From Macrostomum lignano (taxonomy: Eukaryota): a stretch of 64,000 bases of DNA. The DNA lies in NCBI GenBank assembly GCA_002269645.1, contig NIVC01001588.1, positions 1 through 64,000 on the forward strand, in the 5' to 3' direction. Numbering within the stretch: position 1 is the first letter of the stretch; each line of letters opens with the position of its first letter. The notes under the pieces are model-generated. The model ran no database searches, was not told where the DNA came from, and was given only the letters and a program-made list of their open reading frames with translations. This document shows, piece by piece, positions 50,401-62,700 of the stretch. Both the position numbers and the translations under genes were made by a program.

Positions 50401-52888
50401 GAATGTCTGTTAGGAAATGTCTATTAGGAAATGTCTGTTAGGGAATTTCTATGAGGGAATGTCTATTAGGGAATGTCTATTAGGGAATGTCTACCAGGGA
50501 ATTTCTATTAGGTTATTTCTATTAGGAAATGTCTGTTAGGGAATGTCTATTAGAGAATGTCTATTAGGGAATGTCTATTATGGAATGTCTGTTAGGGAAT
50601 GTCTATTATGGAATGTCTGTTAGGGAATGTCTATTATGGAATGTCTGTTAGGGAATGTCTATTATGGAATGTCTGTTAGGGAATGTCTATTATGGAATGT
50701 CTGTTAGGGAATGTCTATTATGGAATGTCTATTATGGAATGTCTATTATGGAATGTCTGTTAGGGAATGTCTATTATGGAATGTCTATTATGGAATTTCT
50801 GTTAGAGAATGTCTATTAGGGAATGTGTGTTAGGGAATGTCTATTATGGAATGTCTATTATGGAATGTCTATTATGGAATGTCTGTTAGGAAATGTCTAT
50901 TATGGAATGTCTATTATGGAATGTCTATTATGGAATGTCTGTTAGGAAATGTCTATTATGGAATGTCTATTATGGAATGTCTATTATGGAATGTCTGTTA
51001 GGGAATGTCTATTATGGAATGTCTATTATGGAATGTCTGTTAGGGAATGTCTATTATGGAATGTCTATTATGGAATGTCTGTTAGGGAATGTCTATTATG
51101 GAATGTCTATTATGGAATGTCTGTTAGGGAATGTCTATTATGGAATGTCTATTATGGAATTTCTGTTAGAGAATGTCTATTAGGGAATGTCTATTATGGA
51201 ATGTCTATTATGGAATGTCTGTTAGGAAATGTCTATTAGGGAATGTCTATTAGGAAATGTCTATTAGGGAATTTCTATGAGGGAATGTCTATTAGGGAAT
51301 GTCTATTAGGGAATGTCTACCAGGGAATTTTTTATTAGGTTATTTCTATTAGGAAATGTCTGTTAGGGAATGTCTATTATGGAATGTCTATTATGGAATG
51401 TCTGTTATGGAATGTCTATTATGGAATTTCTGTTAGAGAATGTCTATTAGGGAATGTCTATTATGGAATGTCTATTATGGAATGTCTGTTAGGAAATGTC
51501 TATTAGGAAATGTCTATTAGGGAATTTCTATGAGGGAATGTCTATTAGGGAATGTCTATTAGGGAATGTCTACCAGGGAATTTCTATTAGGTTATTTCTA
51601 TTAGGAAATGTCTGTTAGGGAATGTCTATTAGGGAATGTCTATTAGGGAATGTCTATTATGGAATGTCTGTTAGGAAATGTCTATTATGGAATGTCTGTT
51701 AGGGAATGTCTATTATGGAATGTCTGTTAGGGAATGTCTATTATGGAATGTCTATTATGGAATGTCTATTATGGAATGTCTGTTAGGGAATGTCTATTAT
51801 GGAATGTCTATTATGGAATTTCTGTTAGAGAATGTCTATTAGGGAATGTCTATGAATGTCTATTAGGGAATGTCTATTATGGAATGTGTGTTAGGGAATG
51901 TCTATTATGGAATGTCTATTATGGAATGTCTGTTAGGAAATGTCTATTATGGAATGTCTATTATGGAATGTCTATTATGGAATGTCTGTTAGGGAATGTC
52001 TATTAGGGAATGTCTTTTAGGGAATATATCTATTAGGGAATGTCTATTAGGGAATATATCTATTAGGGAATGTCTATTAGGGAATTCTATTAGGGAATAT
52101 ATCTATTAGGGAATGTCTATTAGGGAATGTCTATTAATAAATGCCTACTTGGGCCAAATGTAAAATGTACATCGTCCCTTCAAATCCTGTCAGCCGGTCA
52201 GAAGCGTTCGCTACCGCCGCCGCCGCCGCCTCCCCCGCCGCCCCCGCCCTCGCTGCCTACTCTTCAATCGCAGCGCCGGCCAGCCATGCCGAAAATCGTC
52301 CAATCGCAGTCTTCAATGCCCACAACAGCCTCTGGCACTCGGATTGTCACCCTGACGCCGCCTGTTTTGCCTAGCAACGGGGAGATCAACGGTTCGATTA
52401 GGAAGGCCGGCGAGGATGCCGAGGTTTTCCACGATCACGACGACCCGGACGATGGCGACGAGTCGCGCGGCGGCCTGCGCTACGCCTTCGAGTGCCAGTT
52501 CTGCCGCTGCCGGGTCCGCGTGGCCGACCGCGAGGGCATGCTGAGCCACTACCGGCTGTGCTGCGACTCCGCGGCCAACAGCGGCGGCGTGGCGGTCAGC
52601 TGGCCAGGCCGGGCCTTCGAATGTCCGGAGTGCCGCCTGCTGTTCGACTCGCTGCTGGCACTGAATGAGCACGTCAGGTACTCCTGCGAGGCCATTGGCC
52701 AGCAGTTCTACGCGTTGGAGGACGAACGGCTGAGAGCGCCGGCTGGTGCGGCTGCGGAGGTTGATGACGATGATGAGGATGTTATTCAGCATCATCAGTC
52801 GGAGTCTGGGGAATCTGCGGCGGAGGAGGAGGCCCAGGCTACAACTGACAATGAGGTCTGCGTTATTAGCGACTCATCTGATGATTGA
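44444..52888 (+). CDS. Uncharacterised protein (~563 aa) with two C-terminal C2H2/C2HC-like zinc fingers; exons 44444-44626, 46167-46376, 46937-47147, 47724-48116, 52194-52888
   Basis: GC-rich exons between arrays join with consistent phases (0, 0, 1, 1). Finger-like motifs are FECQFC..MLSHYRLCC and FECPECRLLFDSLLALNEHVRYSC, followed by an acidic tail. AATAAA lies near 53383. No family was recognised. Confidence 0.72.
44683..45955 (+). repeat. 24-27-bp minisatellite, zinc-finger gene intron 1
   Basis: TTTAATGGATCTTCAGGTAGGA(TC/GGATG) units, with a variant TTTAATGGACGTTTAAATAAGAGGA. Confidence 0.95.
46415..46862 (+). repeat. ~25-bp minisatellite, zinc-finger gene intron 2
   Basis: CAGTCCTGATGTACACC(T/C)GTACACACA units. 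Confidence 0.92.
47165..47700 (+). repeat. Pyrimidine-rich (CCTCATCC)-like low-complexity tract, zinc-finger gene intron 3
   Basis: Degenerate C/T/A repeat that is almost G-free. Confidence 0.85.
48145..52135 (+). repeat. 14-bp minisatellite (GGGAATGTCTATTA)n, ~4 kb, zinc-finger gene intron 4
   Basis: Largest array in the window, with higher-order block duplications. Confidence 0.97.
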
Positions 52889-53574
52889 TTGACAGCTTTT
52901 ACTCTGGCACTGCTGTGCTGCATTTATTTGGTTTTTTCAGTTCTCTGTCTAAACGGGTCTGAATGGTAAGAAATTATGTGATAGTGCCTCCCTTCTCCCC
53001 TCACCTCCATTACTATCTCCCCGCACTTCTTCTCCCCTCACCTCCATCCTATCTCCCCGCGCTTCTTCTCCCCTCTTTTCTCTCCTAAACCCTCTATTCC
53101 CTCTCCTCTCCCTCTCCTATCTCCCCTCCTCCCCTCTCTGAAGCCAATTCTGAGCTGGCGTCTGGTTTGAGCATAGTGCTCGCTCTTTCCCTGTGTTTTG
53201 TTTTGGATTTGCGGCATCTCCCTTGTCGGTAGTTAATAAAGTAACGAAGCTTCTGCCTGCTTTTATATAGCTCTTAAGTGTATTTAGCAGGGACTCCGTT
53301 ATCAACCCGAATTACATGCTTCAATGACTTATGTCTTAATCTGCGTTCGCTGCCTGCCATCTATCAGGTGTGTTTATAATACAATAAATAAAAATTGCTT
53401 TAATTATGTCTTGTTAGTTAAAGTGTCTACTTACTAAAACAGTAGCACGTTGCGACTTCCTACTGCTCTAAACTGTATAAAACTGGACATTATATTAAGA
53501 CTTTGCAGTTAATTTATTAAAATTTGAACATCATTAAATATTTTGTACTAACAGTTCAGCTGACCAATTGCCGA

Positions 53575-54530
53575 AGAGCAATAGCAGAGATTTTCTATTT
53601 CCCGGCCAGCCAATGGCAGGCGAGGAACGGGACAGAGAGAAAGAGAAAAGACAAACTGACCAATCGCTGAAGAGTATTAACAAGAGATTTTCTATTCTCC
53701 GGCCAGCCAATGGCAGGCGAGGGAGCGGGACAGAGAGAAAGAGAAAAGACAAACTGACCAATCGCTGAAGAGTATTAACAAGAGATTTTCTATTCCCCGG
53801 CCAGCCAATGGCAGGCGAGGGAGCGGGACAGAGAGAAAGAGAAAAGACAAACTGACCAATCGCTGAAGAGTACAAGAGATTTTCTATTCCCCGGCCAGCC
53901 AATGGCAGGCGAGGGAGCGGGACAGAGAGAAAGAGAAAAGACAAACTGACCAATCGCTGAAGAGTACAAGAGATTTTCTATTCCCCGGCCAGCCAATGGC
54001 AGGCGAGGGAGCGGGACAGAGAGAAAGAGAAAAGACAAACTGACCAATCGCTGAAGAGTACAAGAGATTTTCTATTCCCCGGCCAGCCAATGGCAGGCGA
54101 GGGAGCGGGACAGAGAGAAAGAGAAAAGACAAACTGACCAATCGCTGAAGAGTAATAGCAGAGATCCTCAGCTCCCCGGCCAGCCAATGGCAGGCGAGGG
54201 AGCGGGACAGAGAGAAAGAGAAAAGACAAACTAACCAATCGCTGAAGAGTATTAACGAGAGATTTTCTATTCCCCGGCCAGCCAATGGCAGGCGAGGGAG
54301 CGGGACAGAGAAAGAGAAAAGACAAACTGACCAATCGCTGAAGAGTACAAGAGATTTTCTATTCCCCGGCCAGCCAATGGCAGGCGAGGGAGCGGGACAG
54401 AGAGAAAGAGAAAAGACAAACTGACCAATCGCTGAAGAGTAATAGCAGAGATCCTCAGCTCCCCGGCCAGCCAATGGCATGCGCGGAGCAGGACAGAGAG
54501 AAAAAAGTCAAACTGACCAGTCGCAAGATA
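53575..54530 (+). repeat. ~94-bp tandem repeat (~10 copies) upstream of the lectin gene
   Basis: acaaactgaccaatcg recurs at 53941 and 54035. Each unit has two CCAAT motifs and a GA tract. Confidence 0.93.
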
Positions 54531-54751
54531 TTTTCTATTCCAATAAAAGCTTAAAATGTACCGTATATCAAGTTGACCTTGAAGATTTCATTAAGTTTCA
54601 CCCATAGAACGAAAGTCAGTTGCTGTGAGATTTCGAGGTCAAATAAAAGGGTTATCTGTCTTGTACGTCTACCTATTATCTGCTGCGCCGTTTACTGTTG
54701 ATCAAAACTCAATCAAAACTTGCGGAGTCGCCTACCGGGGTTGCGGTAAAA

Positions 54752-57700
54752 ATGGTAAGAAAATTCTGCGGTAGCCTGGCACTGCTGCTCCAGTTGCTTC
54801 TGCTGGTGGGTCAGTCCCAGCAGTTTCTGAAGGAGGACAACATGAAGCAGCTCAGCCGGAGCACCATGCTGAAGATGATCGATGGTTCTGATAAAGAAGG
54901 TGAGTCTCTGGATGCTTGCTACGATTGTGATCATGCCCTGTCAATTTCTGAAGCTCTTGAACGGTTATATTTTGGCTTTGGCTCTTATTGCTGTATTTTA
55001 ATTGGCGGCGTTGGCGCATGGCGCACAGGGGTTGTATGGAGAATGCACTGGCGCTTTTGGGAAAACCCGACCTTGGCAGAACTATTGAATATCTCGGCTG
55101 GCGACTTGATTTTTGTGTGCAACAAGGTGTGCAAAAAATGGGGGCTAAGTTGGCATCTCGGCTTGGCTCTGCTCGTGCAATTAACACCCTAGAGAGCCAA
55201 CCCCCCAAGGCACAGTGAAGTGTACATGCCTAACGATAAATAAAGTCAGGGCCGCTGTACACCCCTGTGTGAGTGTGTGCCTGTGCGTATGACTGCGTAC
55301 GTATCCGCGCGCTTGTGTGCCTGCTCAGGGGAGTCGGTGGAATGGGCAGCAATGCCTCACCGGTTGTGTGACAATGTCGCTTATAAATTGTGCCATGGTG
55401 CACGCAAGCCCCTTGCATCTAATCTAGCTAAAATAGTATAATGAAAAAAATGTTAAAATATGAATCGTGAAGTTTATTATCAAATTGTATTTTGTTGCGG
55501 TCAGCGTCTGCTTTTTGCTAGTTAAGTGCGTTTTCTGTTTAACTAAAAGAGGAAATTTCACTCAGCAAGAACAGCCTAGTGCGTGTTCAGGTTGTTCTTC
55601 TGAGATGATGCAATTCCCGCCGCCTTTTGCACAGACCGACTCTACCTGGAGCGCTGTACGCAGAGCTCGCAGCTGGAAAGCTGCCAGTTCGCTGTAGATG
55701 ACGACATCAATCAGGCGCCATGGAGCAACGAGTGCGCCTTCACCACGGCCGACATGCGTCCTTGGTTCGAGGCCAGACTAGAAAATCCGTCATTCGTGAC
55801 CCGGGTTCAGCTGTTCACGGTGCGCAACATTGAGGAGCGGGGCCGCGACGCGCTCAGGGATTTTGATTTGCTTGTCGGCGACTTCACCTGCGCCAGGTAT
55901 CGCTCTTATGCGAGCTTCTCGAACAGGACATTCTCCTGCGACAATATTGGGGAGCACATTCGAGTGCAGAGCCACTTGGACCACGCGGTGCTCGTTTTGT
56001 GCGAGGTTGTCGTCTATGGCAAGGTTTTGCACCTGTCCAGAGCGGACAACGGCAATACGTGAGGATTTTTAGTTCGAACTAGGATGTGCTGAGATTGGGG
56101 GCAAGTGACCAGATTCCAGTGTGGCAGTGACCAGATTCCAGTGTGGAAAGTGACCAGGTTCCAGTGTGTGCAGTGACCAGATTGCAGTGTGGAAAGTGAC
56201 CAGGTTCCAGTGTGTGCAGTGACCAGATTCCAGTGTGGAAAGTGACCAGGTTCCAGTGTGTGCAGTGACCAGATTGCAGTGTGGAAAGTGACCAGGTTCC
56301 AGTGTGTGCAGTGACCAGATTCCAGTGTGGAAAGTGACCAGGTTCCAGTGTGTGCAGTGACCAGATTCCAGTGTGGAAAGTGACCAGGTTCCAGTGTGTG
56401 CAGTGACCAGATTCCAGTGTGCCAGTGACCAGATTGCAGTGTGGCAAGTGACCAGATTGCAGTGTGGCAGTGACCAGATTGCAGTGTGGCAGTGACCAGA
56501 TTCCAGTGTGGAAAGTGACCAGGTTCCAGTGTGTGCAGTGACCAGATTCCAGTGTGGAAAGTGACCAGATTCCAGTGTGGCAAGTGACCAGATTGCAGTG
56601 TGGCAGTGACCAGATTCCAGTGTGGAAAGTGACCAGGTTCCAGTGTGTGCAGTGACCAGATTCCAGTGTGGAAAGTGACCAGATTCCAGTGTGGCAAGTG
56701 ACCAGATTCCAGTGTGGCAGTGACCAGATTCCAGTGTGGCAAATGACCAGATTGCAGTGTGGCAAGTGACCAGATTCCAGTGTAGCAGTGACCAGATTGC
56801 AGTGTGACAGTGACCAGATTCCAGTGTAGCAGTGACCAGATTCCAGTGTGGCAAGTGACCAGATTGCAGTGTGGCAGTGACCAGATTCCAGTGTGGAAAG
56901 TGACCAGATTCCAGTGTGGCAAGTGACCAGATTCCAGTGTTGCAGTGACCAGATTCCAGTGTGGCAAGTGACCAGATTCCAGTGTTGCAGTGACCAGATT
57001 CCAGTGTGGCAAGTGACCAGATTCCAGTGTAGCAGTGACCAGATTGCAGTGTGACAGTGACCAGATTCCAGTGTAGCAGTGACCAGATTCCAGTGTGGCA
57101 AGTGACCAGATTGCAGTGTGGCAAGTGACCAGATTCCAGTGTAGCAGTGACCAGATTGCAGTGTGACAGTGACCAGATTCCAGTGTAGCAGTGACCAGAT
57201 TCCAGTGTGGCAAGTGACCAGATTGCAGTGTGGCAGTGACCAGATTGCAGTGTGGCAGTGACCAGATTGCAGTGTTGCAGTGACCAGATTGCAGTGTGGC
57301 AGTGACCAGTGTGACCTCATTGTAGCCGTCTCAAAGTCAGCCGGTGCGCGATGAGCAGCGTCGAAAAGAACAACATCTGCGAGAGGGCGATAGACAACAA
57401 CCTGGACCAGGACTTGAAAAAAGGCGCTTGCGCCTACACCGAGAAGGAGAAAAGGCCCTGGTGGGAGGGTCGCCTTGAGGTGCCAGCAATAGTTCGCAAA
57501 CTGAGAGTCTACAACCGAGCGGACTGCTGCCAATCCCAGCTGAACACCTTCGAGATCACTGTTGACGGCCAGTTGTGCTTCCGTTACGACGCCGACAAGA
57601 TGATCAACGTGCAGGATTTCGAGTGCCGCCGATTTGGCTCCAGAGTTCGAATCACTATCGCCATGGGAAAGACGGATGACAATAGTCATCTGCCGCTGTG

Positions 57701-59192
57701 TGAAGTGCAGTTGTACGGCTTCCTAGTTGTATACTTGGGTGCTAAGAAGCCATGTGAGACTCCATGTTTGCCACAGAGTATATCCAGTATAGCTTTGGTG
57801 TGAGCCTGCATCCTTGATGTGAGCCTGCATCCTTGATGTGATCCTGCATCCTTGATGTGAGCCAGCATCCTTGTTGTGAGCCTGCATCCTTGATGTGAGC
57901 CTGCATCCTTGATGTGAGCCAGCATCCTCGATGTGAGCCAGCATCCTTGATGTGAGCCTGCATCCTCGATGTGAGCCAGCATCCTTGATGTGAGCCAGCA
58001 TCCTTGATGTGAGCCTGCATCCTCGATGTGAGCCTGCATCCTTGATGTGAGCCAGCATCCTTGATGTGAGCCTGCATCCTCGATGTGAGCCAGCATCCTT
58101 GATGTGAGCAATCATCCTTGATGTGAGCCTGCATCCTCGATGTGAGCCAGCATCCTTGATGTGAGCCAGCATCCTTGGTGTGAGCCTGTATCCTTGATGT
58201 GAGCCAGCATCCTTGGTGTGAGCCTGTATCCTTGATGTGAGCCTGCATCCTCGATGTGAGCCTGCATCCTCGATGTGAGCCAGCATCCTTGATGTGAGCA
58301 ATCATCCTTGATGTGATCCTGTATCCTTGATGTGAGCCTGCATCTTTGATGTGAGCAATCATCTTAGATGTGAGCCAGCATCCTTGATGTGAGCCTGCAT
58401 CCTCGATGTGAGCCTGTATCCTTGATGTGAGCCTGCATCCTTGATGTGAGCCTGCATCCTCGATGTGAGCCTGTATCCTTGATGTGAGCCTGCATCCTCG
58501 ATGTGAGCCTGTATCCTTGATGTGAGCCTGCATCCTTGATGTGAGCCTGCATCCTCGATGTGAGCCTGAATCCTTGATGTGAACAAGCATCCTTGATATG
58601 AGCCTGCATCTTTGATATGAGCCTGCATCCTCGATGTGAGCCTGTATCCTTGATGTGAGCCTGCATCCTTGATGTGAGCCTGCATCCTCGATGTGAGCCT
58701 GAATCCTTGATGTGAACAAGCATCCTTGATATGAGCCTGCATCTTTGATATGAGCCTGCATCCTCGATGTGAGCCTGTATCCTTGATGTGAGCCTGCATC
58801 CTTGATGTGATTTAGCATACTTTATGTGAGCAAATCCAGTCACGCAGCTTCAAGCGCCCATCCACTCGGCGCTCCCGCCGCCCGCAGCGTACATCGGCTG
58901 CTTTCCCGAGCGTAGGCTGAAACGCGACCTTGAAACTCTGGCCGGCCTGAACCGGATGTCGCCGGACAAGTGCGACCGAATCTGCAGTCGGATGAACAAG
59001 CCCTTTTTTGGCCTGCAGCAGGGCTTCCAATGCTGGTGCGGCGATCACTACGGCAGTTACGGTCGCGAAAGGGAGAAATTCTGCTGGATGCAGTGCGACG
59101 GCAGCACCGAGTACAAGTGCGGCGCCAAGATGATCAGCAGCATCTTCAAGGTGAGCAACCAGGAGTACGAGAAGAATAAGCCAACACGCTGA
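54752..59192 (+). CDS. Secreted lectin: signal peptide + two F-type lectin (fucolectin/FTP) domains + WSC domain (~434 aa); exons 54752-54899, 55635-56058, 57326-57753, 58888-59192
   Basis: Hydrophobic leader (LALLLQLLLLVGQS). FTLD signatures are AVDDD..CAFT..PWF..LCEVVVYG and AIDNN..CAYT..PWW..VYNRADCC..LCEVQLYG. The WSC signature is YIGCF..MSPDKC..C..FGLQQGFQCWCG..C..C..KCG. Intron phases 1, 2, 1 are consistent. Confidence 0.85.
55139..55423 (+). mobile_element. SINE family 1 body with a different 5' region (lectin intron 1)
   Basis: High identity to ~7718-7990 from tggggct.. to ..tctaat. The upstream sequence differs from the tRNA head of the other copies. Confidence 0.8.
56103..57310 (+). 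repeat. 22-23-bp minisatellite, lectin intron 2
   Basis: GTGACCAGATT(C/G)CAGTGTGGCA(A) units. Confidence 0.95.
57797..58810 (+). repeat. 19-bp minisatellite, lectin intron 3
   Basis: GTGAGCCTGCATCCT(T/C)GAT units. Confidence 0.95.
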
Positions 59193-59769
59193 GCCAACGC
59201 TCGTGGCTAAATTGTCAGAAATTACAGAAACAGCAGCCGCCTTTTGCTTGTTTTCAATTGGAACTTTCGCTACTGCAGTTTTAATAGGCTATTAAAACTA
59301 TTTTTCAGTTCCTGTAGGAGGCGTACTTTCAGACTTAGGTTATTACATTTTTTGAGCTACATGTATAGGGACTGCGGCCTTGTCATTTTCAAAAAATATA
59401 TAGCGGAAATCAGCCTCTGCAGGAGACTGAGAGCCAATTGACTGCTTAGGGACAAAAGTATGAGAGCTTTTCTCTTGTTATTTTTCTGTCTGTCCCATTT
59501 CAGTTGTACCCCAGCTGACCCCTCCCCACATGCGGCGGCTTCTGATTGGCTACCAGTCAAGTCCCTCTTCTCTGCCCCGTTAGACCCAGCAGCCTGCCCA
59601 ACCAAGCAACCCACCCCCCAGTTTGCTAGAATCCTGTACATGTACATGTACATCAATCCTGTACACCATACGTTGTTTTCGGTCGGTTTAATGTAAAAGT
59701 ACTTTATCTGTCGGCGACGTAGGGAACATCGGGAACGTTCACAGCTAGACGTCTGATAGCTATACAGGA

Positions 59770-62700
59770 ATGGTGAACTCACGAACCCGCTGCGTACCTC
59801 CAGGTATGTTGTTGTTCTGTTTAATATTCCCTTATGCGAAAAAACTATTTAGCAGAGGTTTCTAGACTCACATCATCTGTTCGAAAAAATGTTGTTTTTT
59901 TACAGGTCCTCAATTGTTCCAGATTGGGTTCACTCACCCGAGCCATGTCACCAAAAGCCTATCTGACATCGTCTCCCAGCATGTCCACTCGCTGCACTAT
60001 GGGAATGTTAGAGATGTGGGATGTGATACTCGAGATGTTGGGGATGTTACCCATGGGTTGGTAAATGCAGTGTCGGTTGTGCATGACAGATAGTAGACAT
60101 CGGTTTCTCAACCAAGAAAATGCAGAGCAGCAATTTTTAGCTCGTACAATTAATTCACCTGGCTTTTACCTGATATTGATCAGAAAAAATTGTTGGTAGC
60201 TACATTTACATGTATAGTCTAAAAGAGGTTTTTTGTAATATTTGTTGATCTTAATTGTTGATTTCGCGAGTGTATAACGTCCTGAGTTAGCGGCAATTTG
60301 TATCATAAGAGTACATGTAACTTAGGTACAATGTTAGGTAAAGCAATAGTTTGGCTACATACTAATTATCCCTATAAAACAGCCACTCGGTGGACTTTTT
60401 GACTAACAGTGAAGCCATAGCATCTACAGCTTCATCAAAAGCTCAGCTTCACTACAAGGACAACTTAAGTAGAAGGACGCGAAACCTCGTTTCTTAGAAA
60501 ATTTTAGAAGGCAATTGTCTTCCCGAAAAAATACACTACGGAGATTTTTTTATTAGAGGCAGGGGGATGTGTGCACCCTGGCGCACTTTAAGCGACATAG
60601 GCACAACCCATTAGAGGCATTATACTGCCCATTCCGCCGACTCCCCTGAGCAGGCACACAAGCGCGCGGATACGTACGCAGGCACACACTCACACAGGAG
60701 TGTACAGCGGCCCTAACTTTATATTATCGTTAGGCATGTACACTTCACTGTGCCTCTGGGGGTTGGCTCTCAAGGCCGTTAATTACACGAGCAGAGCCAA
60801 GCCGAGATTCCAATTCAGCCCCAAATTAATGTGACTGCACTTGGAATCGAGCCTGGGTCGCTGGCACACCAGAGCAGCTGCGCTACCGCTGGGCTATGGC
60901 CCCCCTACACTACGGAGATAGGATATCGATAAAGCAATAAGAAAGGCACAAAATATCAAAAGATGAACACTGGATCTGCCTCCTATCAAAAGCAATAACA
61001 ATTTTTGTGCTGAAAAAATTAAAACCTATCTCTGTAGTGTATTTTTTCGGGAAAATCTGCCTTCTAAAATTTTCTAAGAAACGAGGTTTCCCGTCCTTCT
61101 ACTTAAGTCGTCCTTGTCCACACAGTGTACATGTGTGAAAGCTATATGTAACGCGCATGAGCTGTACAATGTATTATGTATCTCGGTTGAGCCGTTTTTC
61201 TGAAATCTATCACGCATGGACAGACAACTCATTTTAGTATATAGGATGTAACGCGCATGTACTGCGATCGCTGTTTGCATGCGCATGACTAGGGTGCAGC
61301 AGGCATCGTCTGCTATCTTATGAAGAACTTTCGTCGGTTTTTCAGGCCGACTTATGTTTTCAACCAATACTTTACGCTTCATAAACAAAGTAAATATGCA
61401 CTAATTACCGGCATAAATTGTGCGCTCACTATTGAAATCTAGCTAAATTATAACAATTTACACCTAGCTAAATCTAGTTCCTTTTATAAGAATTATGATA
61501 AATCTAAATAAACTATTTTAATAAAAAAAGTTTCTTTTTCAATTTTTTAAGCAACTACTTATGTCTTTTTGGTTTGCTTGAGATCTAGTTTTTAAGACAG
61601 CAATATGTTGTGTATAATAGACTCAGCTATCCATGGTATTATTCTTAATATGGTTCTACATTTGGTTTTAGTTGGGAACTAATCTAATCTGTTGTATATT
61701 TTTAAATAACTATGTTCTGTATCAATGACAATACTCGAGGGCTTGGGAAATTGGAATAATCTAATGATATGCCAAATACAGATGACTTGTAGTTTTAGCT
61801 TCATTTTCAGTCAGGAATAAAAAGTGAATTATCTGATTAAAGTTAAACAAATAACTATTTTTTGTGATAATATATTCAATGTCATCAAGTTAGCAGTAAC
61901 CATTGAAGTAGAACTAGTAAACTAGTAAACTAGGTCAAGTATGAGACTTGAAAAAAAAATTGAAATTGCATGGCTGATGGCCATGGGTCTGCAATTTTGA
62001 CAATTTGGAATGTATGACCAACAAGGCCACATGCTAAAATGGCCATAGCTCTAGATAGCTCACAAAGATAAGTAACTAGTTTTTATATGACTAAGTGATT
62101 ATATTTATAATAAATTAGGCCCTAAAATACCTAAATATAGCAAGCTCAAGTTTCAAATTGATTGAATCATATCAGTGACCAGTGAATAAAAAAATAAATG
62201 TTTTTGGACCTACCAATTTTATTAATAAAAACAACCAGATTGGCCTTTATCAATCAGTTATGTCATTCATGTCTTTCTATTGTTCAATATAGTTTATCTT
62301 AAACCTCTAAGGTTTTATTTTCCCATCTTGTTTATGGCTCTATTTAAGATAAAGACTATTTAAGCCTATCAAATTTGTTATAAATTACCATGCCATCAAA
62401 CTAAAAATATTGATGAATCCTAGACCTATCAATATATTTATCTCTATCTTTTCTACATATGTAAACAAATAGCCTTTATATGCTACTGCTTATCAATAAC
62501 TATCAAGTGACCTAAACCCTAATATGTATATTTCAGATTGGCTTCGATCAAGTCAGGAAGAGTCAATTATAAAATATCGAGATATTATTTAATATATCTT
62601 TAATCAATGGGTGCCCAATTGTGCAGTCCTGTATTGGCTAACAGTTCTTTGCATAGCAGGCAGCGGCAGTCCAAGCAATTTGCTAGTTCAAACACCTATC

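Noticed and set aside
56014-58843. Long minus-strand ORFs (up to 536 aa) and similar repeat ORFs elsewhere (4623-5321, 20049-20628, 28195-28774, 63289-63975)
   Set aside because: They are translations of intronic minisatellites lacking stops in some frames, and they lie inside introns of well-supported + strand genes.
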